Source: an uncultured Planctomycetia bacterium
GTDB lineage: Bacteria > Omnitrophota > Gorgyraeia > Duberdicusellales > 4484-171
Assembly (NCBI GenBank): GCA_964536865.1
Contig: CAZHYN010000005.1
Coordinates: 1 to 32,000, forward strand
DNA length: 32,000 bases
Direction of reading: 5' to 3'
Under the pieces are notes generated by a model that ran no database searches, was not told the DNA's origin, and was given only the letters and a program-made list of their open reading frames with translations. The position numbers and the translations under genes were made by a program. The first letter of the stretch is position 1; every line of letters starts with the position of its first letter. Below, in pieces: positions 17,445 through 26,520 of the stretch.

Positions 17445-17499
17445 ACCCGACTAGGAATTTCGCTACCTTAGGCATTCCTTTCGGAATGGACCATATCTT

Positions 17500-17600
17500 T
17501 CCCGCCCTTTTTACTCACCCAAACTAACTTTATTTAAACTCATTTTGAGACTCTTTAGTTTTTTGTCTACTCTTACCTTGTGAATTTAAAAAGGGCGGGA
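17500..17600 (-). repeat. GC-clamp hairpin insertion nested in the intron at 17473..18260, overlapping the 3' end of the LAGLIDADG ORF
   Basis: tcccgcccttttt (17500-17512) pairs perfectly with aaaaagggcggga (17588-17600). Confidence 0.65.
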
Positions 17601-18132
17601 CCTGGCGTATGGTCTCTGAGGATCCCAAGGAGGAGAGAATTTCTCTTAAATTATATTTGCGTTGTTTTCCTTTATCATTCATACTGCAAGCAAGTTTTAC
17701 TATTGCTTTAAATCCTTCCAGAGTATGATGATCTTTTTTTTCCATTCTCTCTATAATTTGACTAAATTTGAGAAAATTTTCCCATTTGTCAGTTAAGAGT
17801 TTATATTTCTTAAAAAAAGGTAAGATCTTCTCTTTCAGTGTGCGTCTTTCTGAGATGCAATATACATAAGTGTTACTCTTAGGTGATTTAGGTTTAATAT
17901 ATCCTGCCTGAAAAAATTTTTTAAGTAACTCCAAAAGGTGGATATTTTTTTTATGCTGATAAACCTGGAAACAGGGGTCTATCACCCAGCCAAACTTTGC
18001 TGTAGGCAACTTCTTTATAGAAACACTGAAAGAACCTTCTCCATCTACAAATCCTGCGATGTAGTAACTTAGATATTTTCTCTTTGAAGGTAAACGCTGA
18101 AAACAAAGATTATCTTTGAATTCATAAAGCAT
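17530..18132 (-). CDS. single-motif LAGLIDADG homing endonuclease
   Basis: YIAGFVDGEGSFSVSI motif. The likely start is MLYEF (ATG 18130-18132), preceded by aaggagggg. Paralogous to 15735..16262, including DNA-level similarity around ctggcgtaYRgtctctgagg. Confidence 0.8.
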   Translation of the reverse strand: MLYEFKDNLCFQRLPSKRKYLSYYIAGFVDGEGSFSVSIKKLPTAKFGWVIDPCFQVYQHKKNIHLLELLKKFFQAGYIKPKSPKSNTYVYCISERRTLKEKILPFFKKYKLLTDKWENFLKFSQIIERMEKKDHHTLEGFKAIVKLACSMNDKGKQRKYNLREILSSLGSSETIRQVPPFLNSQGKSRQKTKESQNEFK

Positions 18133-18259
18133 TGCCCCTCCTTGGTTTCCTGCTGGTAACTCCTCTGTAGGAATTCTCACCTTCTCGGTACCCTACAGAT
18201 TTAGGAGTGTCCCAGCATATAGCCAGGTTTTACAACGGCCCTGCTCTTTTTTCAGAGTC

Positions 18260-18301
<42 letters not shown>

Positions 18302-18426
18302 TCCGCTTTGATACGGGTCCCCTTAACCTTCCGGCACTGGGCAGGTCTCAGTCCCTATACATCCTCTTTCGAGTTAAGCAGGGACCTGTGTTTTTGCTAA
18401 ACAGTCCCGGGAGCCATTTCACTGCG

Positions 18427-18454
18427 CCCCGCCCTTTCTTTAGAAAGGGCGGGG
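18427..18454 (-). repeat. 'empty' GC-clamp hairpin (23S, H63-equivalent region)
   Basis: ccccgccctttc-ttta-gaaagggcgggg: the same stem as the insertion-bearing sites, closed by a 4-nt loop. Confidence 0.6.
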
Positions 18455-18974
18455 ACCCCTTCTTGCGAACGTACGGGGCTAGATTGCCGAGTTCCTTAGG
18501 GAGGTTTCTGCCGAGCGCCTTACCATACTCTGGCAGCCTACCTGTGTCGGATTCCGGTACGGTCACCCATAGACAACTTAAGAAGCTATTTCTCGGCACT
18601 AAGTCCAGGCAACTTCGCCCGCGCCGTAGCTTGGGCTCCCCTCCGACGTAATGTCGGGGAACGGACACCTCCAACCGTCCGCCTACCGCACTTAGTGCGT
18701 CACTCCTTAAGTTCCTGCACGAAGCAGGTCCGCTTTTGGCGGAAACGCCTATAGGTGGGGGGCGAATATTAACGCCCTTCCCCATCGCCTACCCCTTTCG
18801 GGTTCAGTTTAGGGACCGCCTAACCTCCGTCTGACTAACATTGACGGAGAAACCTGAGGCTTTCGGCGTCCCGGTTTTTCACCGGGATTTTCGCTACTCA
18901 TTCCAGGATACTCTCTTCTGTAGACTCCATCCCGACTTACGTCGAGACTTCACTGTCTACAGAATGCTCCCCTA

Positions 18975-19097
18975 CCCCCAGCCCTTTCTATCTAACATAT
19001 CGAACAATAAACACTCTTAGAAAAATGCTCCTCTTTTTTATAAACTTTTTAACAAAGGTTTTTTTAGTAGAAGTAGAAAGGGCTGGGCCGTAGCTTC
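18975..19097 (-). repeat. intervening sequence in 23S helix 45-equivalent
   Basis: cccagccctttcta pairs with tagaaagggctggg (14 bp) around a roughly 93-nt AT-rich loop. The flanks align with E. coli ...CACCGAAGCUGCGG / GGGUAGGGGAGCGUUC, the classical H45 IVS site. Confidence 0.7.
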
Positions 19098-20575
19098 GGT
19101 AACAGGCTTAAGCCCCGATCATTTTCGGCGCAGAGTCACTCGACCGGTGAGCTATTACGCACTCTTTAAATGATGGCTGCCTCTAAGCCAACATCCCGGC
19201 TGTCTAAGTGACTCCACATCCTTTACCACTTAGCCTGTTTTTAGGGACCTTAGCTGACGGTCTGGGCTGTTTCCCTCTCGACCAACAAGCTTATCCCTGC
19301 TGGTCTTACTCCCAAGCTTAAGATCTAGGTATTCGGAGTTAGGTTGAGTTTGGTATTCCATTACGGAACCCTAGCTCATCCTGTGCTCTACCCCCTAGAC
19401 CAAACACTTGAGGCTAGCCCTAAAGCTATTTCGGGGAGAACCAGCTATCACCAGTCTTGGTTAGCCTTTCACTCCTACCCACAGCTCATCCGAGCCGTTT
19501 TCAACCGACACCGGTTCGGGCCTCCATCCGCTGTCACGCGGACTTCACCCTGGCCATGGGTAGATCGACTGGCTTCGGGTCTACTGCCTAAAGCTGGACG
19601 CCCTGTTAGGACTCGGTTTCCCTACGCCTCCCCCCGACATTACGTCGGGGTTAGACTTGCTATAGACAGTAACTCCCTGGACCATTATGCAAAAGGTACG
19701 CCGTCACCCGCCTGAGGCGGGCTCCGACCGCTGTGTAGGCTTATGGTTTCAGGTTCTATTTCACTCCCCTCACCGGGGTTCTTTTCAACTTTCCCTCACG
19801 GTACTAGTGCACTATCGGTCTGGTGCGAGTATTTAGCCTTAGACCGTGGTCGGCCCAAATTCCCACAGGGTTTCCCGTGCCCCATGGTACTTGGGAACAC
19901 TACCAGGAAGACTTACCTCTTTAACCTACAGGGCTCTCACCTTCTATGGCTCCGCTTTCCAGCGGATTCGGCTAGAGATAAGTTTGGTAACTTCCCGAAG
20001 AGTCTGCCGCCTCTTCTTGGTAATGTCCCGCGACCCCCAAAGAGCAACGCCGGCAGGCTTTAACACTCTTTGGGTTTGGGCTCTTCCCTTTTCGCTCGCC
20101 GCTACTGGGGGAATCCCTTTCGGTTTCTTTTCCTCCGGGTACTGAGATGTTTCACTTCCCCGGGTTAGCTCCCCGACATAACATCGGAGTCTCTCGATAT
20201 TACTCGAGAGGGGTTTCCCCATTGGGGAATCTGCGGATCACAGGCTACTTGCGCCTCCCCGCAGCTTATCGCAGCTTGCCACGCCCTTCATCGCCTGCAC
20301 CAGCCAAGTCATCCACCATAAGCCGTGCGTAGCTTGATACCCAACCTTATTTTCAAAGAACTTTTATTTTAATTACAGACTAATCTCTCTTCAGATTAAT
20401 CTGTAATCTGTAATTTGTAATTTGTAATCTACTTTTTATGGAGCCGAGCGAAGTTTCCACCTCAGCGGACTCACCTTTGGTGAAGAACCGCTGACCTCTC
20501 TGCACTTTTTAACAACCACTCAACAAATTAAAAGAATATAAATTTCTCCTTCGCACACATCTCCACTTTATTATC

Positions 20576-20648
20576 TGGACCGTGCGAGATTCGAACTCGC
20601 TACCTCCTGCGTGCAAAGCAGGTGCTCTCCCAATTGAGCTAACGGCCC
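20576..20648 (-). tRNA. tRNA-Ala (anticodon TGC)
   Basis: GGGCCGTTAGCTCAATTGGGAGAGCACCTGCTTTGCACGCAGGAGGTAGCGAGTTCGAATCTCGCACGGTCCA: cloverleaf with the G3:U70 identity pair. CCA is not encoded. Confidence 0.9.
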
Positions 20649-20812
20649 ATTTGAAAGTGCAGGGCGTTCTCTCCGCTGCCCGCTCATAGGCGGGTCCGCC
20701 TTTGGCGGAAACTACGGCCCCTCTCACATCACCAATTGCAAATTAACCAATTTCAGATTTCAAATTACTCTGTAGAATAAAAATTCTATAATGAAATTTG
20801 CAAATTCACTTA

Positions 20813-20885
20813 TGGGCCCAAGTGGGATCGAACCACTGACCCCCGCGTTATCAGCACGGTGCTCTTCCAACTGAGCTATGGGCCC
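20813..20885 (-). tRNA. tRNA-Ile (anticodon GAT)
   Basis: GGGCCCATAGCTCAGTTGGAAGAGCACCGTGCTGATAACGCGGGGGTCAGTGGTTCGATCCCACTTGGGCCCA: canonical cloverleaf. CCA is not encoded. Confidence 0.9.
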
Positions 20886-21133
20886 TAAATTCTCCTTATG
20901 CAAAATTAACACTTGTAACCATCTAGAGCTTCCAAGTCAAAGCTTAAAAGTTTGTATAAAATAAAAAGCCTTTGGAGGATTTAAGATTCTCTACTCTCAC
21001 GTAGAGTTAGAAAGGAGGTGATCCAGCCGCACGTTCCCGTACGGCTACCTTGTTACGACTTAGCGCCAATCATGGAATTCACCGTGACCCCGACGTAATG
21101 TCGGAGCTTCGGGCGCCCCCCACTTTCAGCGCT

Positions 21134-21172
<39 letters not shown>

Positions 21173-21399
21173 GCGCCGTGGCTGATGCGCCATTACTAGC
21201 GATTCCAGCTTCACGAGGGCGGGTTTCAGCCCTCGATCCGAACTGGGCCGGCTTTTTAGGGATTTGCTCCACCTTACGGCTTTGCCTCCCGCTGTAACCG
21301 GCATTGTAACACGTGTGTAGCCCAGGGCATAAGGGCCATGCGGACTTGACGTCGTCCCCACCTTCCTCCCACTTAACGCGGGCAGTCCCCTTAGAGTGC

Positions 21400-21499
21400 C
21401 CCAGCCCTTTTTATTCCCTGATTAATACAAATTATTGAAAATTTAATTAAAGATACAGCACTTTATCATTTCTTTAATCAAAGTATAAAAAGGGCTGGG
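21400..21499 (-). repeat. intervening sequence in 16S helix 39-equivalent
   Basis: cccagccctttttat pairs with ataaaaagggctggg (15 bp) around an AT-rich loop of about 70 nt, between gttgctac and cactctaagg. Confidence 0.7.
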
Positions 21500-21543
21500 T
21501 AGCAACTAAGGGCGAGGGTTGCGCTCGTTCTCCCACTTAAGGG

Positions 21544-21591
<48 letters not shown>

Positions 21592-21691
21592 TTCCCGACT
21601 GGATACGGGTGGCAACCCCTTTCGGAGCGCTACTACCTACATGTCAAGCCCTGGTAAGGTTCCTCGCGTAGCATCGAATTAAACCACGTGT

Positions 21692-21751
<60 letters not shown>

Positions 21752-21829
21752 CCAGGTGGGGCACTTAACGCGTTAGCTTCGGCACCCCCCTAAAATAGAG
21801 GGACACCTAGTGCCCATCGTTTACAGCTA

Positions 21830-21863
<34 letters not shown>

Positions 21864-22095
21864 TAGCTTTCGTCCCTGAGCGTCAGGACTGAACCAGAGA
21901 GCCGCCTTCGCCACAGGCGTTCCTGCCGATATCCACAGATTTCACCCTTACACCGGCAGTTCCGCTCTCCTCTTCCAGCCTCGAAGCCAAGCAGTTTGAA
22001 AGGCACTTTCCCGGTTAAGCCGGGAGATTTCACCTTCCACTTACTTGGCCGCCTGCGGACCCTTTACACCCAGTCAAACCGAGTAACGCTAGGTG

Positions 22096-22133
<38 letters not shown>

Positions 22134-22158
22134 CACCTTATTCATCGGGTACAGTCAG

Positions 22159-22185
22159 TCCCACCCTTTTATTAAAAGGGTGGGA
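22159..22185 (-). repeat. 'empty' GC-clamp hairpin at 16S helix 17-equivalent tip
   Basis: tcccaccctttt-att-aaaagggtggga. Confidence 0.6.
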
Positions 22186-22426
22186 TTTCCTCCCCGATAA
22201 AAGGGGTTTACACGCCGAAGCGCTTCATCCCCCACGCGGCGTCGCATCCTCAGGCTTTCGCCCATTGGGAAAGATTCTCGACTGCAGCCTCCCGTAGGAG
22301 TCCGGGCAGTGTCTCAGTCCCGGTGTGGCTGACCACACACTAATGCCAGCTACCCGTCTTAGGCTTGGTAGGCCATTACCCTACCAACTACCTGATAGGA
22401 CGTGAGCCGCTCTTGGAGCGGCAGCA

Positions 22427-22532
22427 TCCCGCCTTTTTTACTCAGGGAAATATATTAAAGAAAACTCTCTCTTCTCTGTCCCTCTTCCCACAATACAATT
22501 CTTTCCTCTCAAAGGTGTATAAAAAGGCGGGA
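22427..22532 (-). repeat. intervening sequence in 16S helix 10-equivalent
   Basis: tcccgcctttttta pairs with taaaaaaggcggga (14 bp) around an AT-rich loop of about 79 nt. Confidence 0.7.
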
Positions 22533-22655
22533 GAGGCCACCTTTACTCCTAAGACATCTCAGTCTCAGGAGACCATGGGGTATTACCTCCGATTTCTCGA
22601 AGCTATCCCCCTCTCCAAGGTACGTTACCCACGCATTACTCACCCGTTTGCCGCT

Positions 22656-22768
22656 ATCCCACCCTTTCTACTACCCCCAATAAAGACTTTAAGAAATGAA
22701 CTAAACCTTACTTCTTACCTTAAACTCGGTTTCCTTCTCAATAAAGGGAGTAATAAAAAGGGCGGGAT
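22656..22768 (-). repeat. intervening sequence in 16S helix 6-equivalent
   Basis: In the sense transcript, atcccgcccttttt pairs with agaaagggtgggat (14 bp including two G-U wobbles) around an AT-rich loop of about 84 nt. It lies just after gcatgcaagtcgagcg. Confidence 0.7.
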
Positions 22769-22789
22769 CGCTCGACTTGCATGCCTTAT

Positions 22790-22826
<37 letters not shown>

Positions 22827-22988
22827 CCTCCAAAGGCTTTTTTCTTTTCAGTCAAAGAGCAAGCGATAAAAAAAGCATCCTCTCTTTTCTTTAGGATGCT
22901 TTAAAAACAATTCTCTATTTAAATTTAAGAAGTAATCTGCTTTTTCTGTGTCAAAGAAAGGTTGCTCTCATCACCTTGGCAATATATT

Positions 22989-23016
22989 TATATACACAAA
23001 TAACCACAGTTGTCAA
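22989..23016 (-). promoter_or_regulatory. candidate sigma70-type promoter of the rRNA operon
   Basis: The minus strand reads TTGACA-actgtggttatttgtg-TATATA (16-17 nt spacer, with TG just upstream of the -10), about 150 nt upstream of the 16S 5' end. Confidence 0.4.
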
Positions 23017-23088
23017 GCATTTTTTTAAATAAAGTCCTTTGATTTTGAGTAGGTTTTAGGTTATGAGATTAAAATTTAAAAATTTGAC

Positions 23089-23110
23089 TTCCTAATATGA
23101 AAATTAGGAA
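23089..23110 (-). terminator. weak terminator candidate after hldD
   Basis: ttcctaat-N6-attaggaa hairpin followed on the minus strand by gtcaaattttt. The stem is AT-rich. Confidence 0.3.
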
Positions 23111-23207
23111 TTATACCTCGTCAACAGAAACATATCATTGTTACTATGATAGCTAATTCAATTAGTAAGGAATATTCCAGTATAAGCAGACTTAGAACAA
23201 AATTAAA

Positions 23208-24122
23208 TCAAATACCCTTAGTTAAATAGTTTTCAATATAATCTTCTATACCTTCTTCCAGAGAGTATCTAGGAGTAAACTTTAGTAGCTTTTGAAGTAA
23301 AGTAATATCTGCTTGAGTGAATTCTTGATATACTTCTTGGTAAGGATTATCGAAATACTCCGGCTGCAAATTTTTATTAAGAACTTTGTTTATAACAGAA
23401 ATCACTTCGTTAAAGCTTCTTGCTTCCCCTTTGCCTACATTTACAATCACTGTCTTAGACAAACTCAAAGCCAGAAAGGTAGCATAAGCTACATCCTTTA
23501 CGTAAACAAAATCCCTTCTTTGCTCTCCATATTTAAATACTCGTGGAGACTTATTTTCCTTCATTTGCAAATATAACTGAAAGATCATACTACTGGACTT
23601 ACCTTTATGTGACTCTCCTGGTCCGTAAACATTAAAGTAACGGAGTCCTACAATAGGAATAGGACTCTTCCTAAAAAACTTACTCACTTCTCTATCACAT
23701 AGATACTTTGAATAAGAGTAACTATTAAGGGGAGAAGGAGTTTGTGTTTCTCTCATTGGTGTAGGTCCTTTTCCATATACACCAGCACTAGAGGCGTAAA
23801 TTAATCTTATTTTCCTTTTAATACAAAAATTTAAAATATTCTTGAAACCTACAAAATTAACTGTAAGGATCTTTTTATCATCTTTTAAAGTTGTATCTGT
23901 AACCGCTGCTTGGTGAATTACTACATCTACCTTAGGTATTTTTTTCTCAAGACTCTCCTCTAAAATATCTGAACAAATAACCTCACACTCTAAATCTAAA
24001 ATGTTTTTAAAGTCTGCGTGAGAGAAATCATCAAAAATAATCACATCGATACCTTCTTCTTTTAATAGTCTAGCTATGTTAGAGCCTATAAATCCACTTC
24101 CTCCAGTTATTAAAACTTTCAT
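23208..24122 (-). CDS. hldD: ADP-L-glycero-D-manno-heptose 6-epimerase-like NAD-dependent epimerase
   Basis: N-terminal GGSGFIGSN Rossmann motif, SSAGVYG, YSYSK catalytic YxxxK, and RYFNVYGPGESHKG...MIFQL...GEQRRDFVYVKDVA, closely resembling HldD/RfaD. Confidence 0.65.
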   Translation of the reverse strand: MKVLITGGSGFIGSNIARLLKEEGIDVIIFDDFSHADFKNILDLECEVICSDILEESLEKKIPKVDVVIHQAAVTDTTLKDDKKILTVNFVGFKNILNFCIKRKIRLIYASSAGVYGKGPTPMRETQTPSPLNSYSYSKYLCDREVSKFFRKSPIPIVGLRYFNVYGPGESHKGKSSSMIFQLYLQMKENKSPRVFKYGEQRRDFVYVKDVAYATFLALSLSKTVIVNVGKGEARSFNEVISVINKVLNKNLQPEYFDNPYQEVYQEFTQADITLLQKLLKFTPRYSLEEGIEDYIENYLTKGI

Positions 24123-24130
24123 AGTTCCCT

Positions 24131-24535
24131 CTAGAATCTTATACTCATAGCCTTATAAGGACAAACGCTGATACATATCCCGCAAGCAATACATCTCTCC
24201 TTTATGAACTCCACTTCAAAATTATCATTTCTTACTAAAGCTTGTGTAGGACATAAAGGTATACATATTGTACAATCTACACATTTATTTCTGTCCATAG
24301 AAACATCTTGAGAAAGAGGCTGAACTCTAACTCCTGATTTCTTTAGATATTCCATTCCTTTCTCTAAATCAGCATCTTCTCCTTTTATTTCTAAAACCAA
24401 TACGCCTTCCTCTCTAGGATTAACCTCTGCTTTCAAAATATTAAACTCTAAATTAAAATCCTTCACCAGCCTGTAGACAATAGGTTTATCTACAAGTTCT
24501 TTAGGAAAATGTAAAACTACTCTTCTCTTAAACAT
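24131..24535 (-). CDS. NIL-domain 4Fe-4S ferredoxin (homocysteine-biosynthesis partner protein)
   Basis: N-terminal NIL-like domain (PIVYRLVKDFNLEFNILKAEV) plus two CxxCxxCxxxCP clusters. Overlaps the COG1900 gene stop. Confidence 0.7.
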   Translation of the reverse strand: MFKRRVVLHFPKELVDKPIVYRLVKDFNLEFNILKAEVNPREEGVLVLEIKGEDADLEKGMEYLKKSGVRVQPLSQDVSMDRNKCVDCTICIPLCPTQALVRNDNFEVEFIKERCIACGICISVCPYKAMSIRF

Positions 24536-25736
24536 CTTTAGGTCTCCTCTCTTTTAGAGGTTTAAATGTATACCCAGACTCTGCCGAAGGAAGGGATTCT
24601 ACTGCCTCTGTAAGAAAGAACTTTCCTTCTTTTATCCACTGCTTCAATAAGGAAGCTATCTCTCTAGCTTTCTTTAAACTAGATAGAGAACCGGTGGGAA
24701 TTTCTTGATTTCCCAACTTTATCTTACCTGACTTAAGTTGAGCATAATTTACAAATCCCAAAATATTTGATTTACCCTGAGGGTAATCTTTGGCATAGTC
24801 TACTATAGGGGCAAAAATCTCCTCATCCTTCACACAAACATAAGAAAGTACCTCTTCATTTAAAATAGGGATAGGAATTCCTACACCCACAGTTAAAGAT
24901 ACTCCATAACCATATATAGAAGTACCCACTAAGAAATTAGGTTTCATATTCTTTAAGTCTCCTATCAAAGCTAACGTTCCTGCAGGAAATTTAGGAAGCC
25001 CTTGGGAAGTCCTTTCGACGCAAGGGTTATGCTGAGTTCCCCACCAAGCTACATAGCCAATTCCTCCTCCTAAAAAAACCTTTGTGCCAATACCTATAGT
25101 TCTATAATGGGGGTCATTGAGAAGAGGACTCAGAGCTCCTGCGCTGCAATAGTTAGCATTTCCCAAATTGGGTTTCAACACTCCCATGTAGGTGTAGATA
25201 GGTTTATCAGAGGTATTTACTGCAACATTATAATTCTGGCAACAATTCCTCATATTAAATAGTACTGCTTCGTTCAAATCTTTTATATTGATATATGTCT
25301 TCAATTGCTTTCTAGGGTAGCAATCAGTTTCATAAGTCTGTGCTTCTAACAGCAAATCCTTCCCTGAAACTAAATCCTGAATTACATGGCCCCCTCCGTA
25401 TCTGAACTCTCCAGGATAGATTTTATTCCGAGGATCATCTTCAGGAAGAACAGATGCTCCCAAAAACAAATCCACTGCAGCAAATCCTCCATAACAAGGC
25501 ACACCTTCCAAAGTTATTTTACCTCCTCCTAACTTTATCCGGGGAGTAGAGTAACCAATATTAAAGTATATCCCACTAGAACACATAGGAGCAAAGGTGG
25601 CTGTGGTAACTACATCTACAAGATCTACTGATTTTTTCAAACCATGTTTATCTACAAAACCTACTATCTCCTCAGCAGTAAGTACAACTACTTCTCCTCT
25701 TCTAATCTTTTCATTTATCTCTTTTATCGTCTTCAT
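24528..25736 (-). CDS. COG1900/DUF39 homocysteine biosynthesis protein
   Basis: KTIKEINEKIRRGEVVVLTAEE...VDVVTTATFAPMCSSG... matches the conserved N-terminus of the DUF39 family (Methanosarcina MA1821-type). Confidence 0.7.
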   Translation of the reverse strand: MKTIKEINEKIRRGEVVVLTAEEIVGFVDKHGLKKSVDLVDVVTTATFAPMCSSGIYFNIGYSTPRIKLGGGKITLEGVPCYGGFAAVDLFLGASVLPEDDPRNKIYPGEFRYGGGHVIQDLVSGKDLLLEAQTYETDCYPRKQLKTYINIKDLNEAVLFNMRNCCQNYNVAVNTSDKPIYTYMGVLKPNLGNANYCSAGALSPLLNDPHYRTIGIGTKVFLGGGIGYVAWWGTQHNPCVERTSQGLPKFPAGTLALIGDLKNMKPNFLVGTSIYGYGVSLTVGVGIPIPILNEEVLSYVCVKDEEIFAPIVDYAKDYPQGKSNILGFVNYAQLKSGKIKLGNQEIPTGSLSSLKKAREIASLLKQWIKEGKFFLTEAVESLPSAESGYTFKPLKERRPKDV

Positions 25737-26371
25737 TACCCTACTTTTTTCTCTAAATCCTCTATTCTTTTCTCTAATCTATGTAGAACTTCAATAACTG
25801 GATCCGGTAATTTATTATGATCCAAATCCACTCCACTTACCTTCTTAGGTGCACGAGATACAACAACTCTTCCCGGAACTCCTACCACCGTAGCACCTTC
25901 AGGAACATCATTTATAACTACTGATCCTGCACCAACCTTAGCTCCATCCCCCACTTTTATAGGACCAAGAAGCACTGCCCTTGCTCCAATTACTACCCTA
26001 TTACCTATAGTAGGATGACGCTTTACTTTCTCTCTGGAAACCCCTCCTAACACTACTCCCTGATAAATTAAAACATCATCCCCAATCTCTGCAGTCTCTC
26101 CAATCACAACTCCCATACCATGATCAATAAAAAACCGTCTACCAATCTTAGCTCCTGGGTGGATTTCTACTCCCGTTAAGAATCTACCTATATGAGAAAT
26201 AAGTCTAGCTAGGGTCTTAAAACCCTTAACCCAGAGCCAATGAGCTATCCTATACATCCAAATAGCATGAAGACCAGGGTAACATAAGAAAATCTCAACA
26301 GGAGTCCTTGCTGCAGGATCTTCCCTGAAGGCAGTATGTATATCTTCTCTAATCGTAGCAATGATACTCAT
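25736..26371 (-). CDS. cysE: serine O-acetyltransferase
   Basis: DPAAR...[19 protein letters not shown]...[44 protein letters not shown] hexapeptide-repeat CysE signature. Confidence 0.85.
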   Translation of the reverse strand: MSIIATIREDIHTAFREDPAARTPVEIFLCYPGLHAIWMYRIAHWLWVKGFKTLARLISHIGRFLTGVEIHPGAKIGRRFFIDHGMGVVIGETAEIGDDVLIYQGVVLGGVSREKVKRHPTIGNRVVIGARAVLLGPIKVGDGAKVGAGSVVINDVPEGATVVGVPGRVVVSRAPKKVSGVDLDHNKLPDPVIEVLHRLEKRIEDLEKKVG

Positions 26372-26510
26372 CAGAATTAGCCAAGACAGGGTTTTCTTCC
26401 TTTATTCTTCTTCCTTCTTCTTCTCCAGGAAAGTTTTCTTCGTCTCTTTCTTCTCCCCATAGTTTATCCTTATAGAAAAATAAAATAATAGATATTGGAT
26501 AGGTTGTCAA
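26372..26510 (-). promoter_or_regulatory. cysE leader: candidate promoter (TTGACA-N17-TATTTT) plus a polypurine leader of about 85 nt containing a 27-codon Arg/Lys-rich uORF (26377..26460)
   Basis: The minus strand reads ttgacaacctatccaatatctattatttt...; ATG GGG AGA AGA AAG AGA CGA AGA AAA ... TAA ends 5 nt before the cysE ATG. Confidence 0.3.
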
Positions 26511-26520
26511 TTGTTTTATT

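Noticed and set aside
20658-20727. Possible tRNA pseudogene in the Ile-Ala spacer (a 7-nt loop with U33/R37-like positions).
   Set aside because: No T-arm (GTTCRANYC), no D-arm consensus and no acceptor pairing of adequate length. Kept only as a structured-spacer observation.
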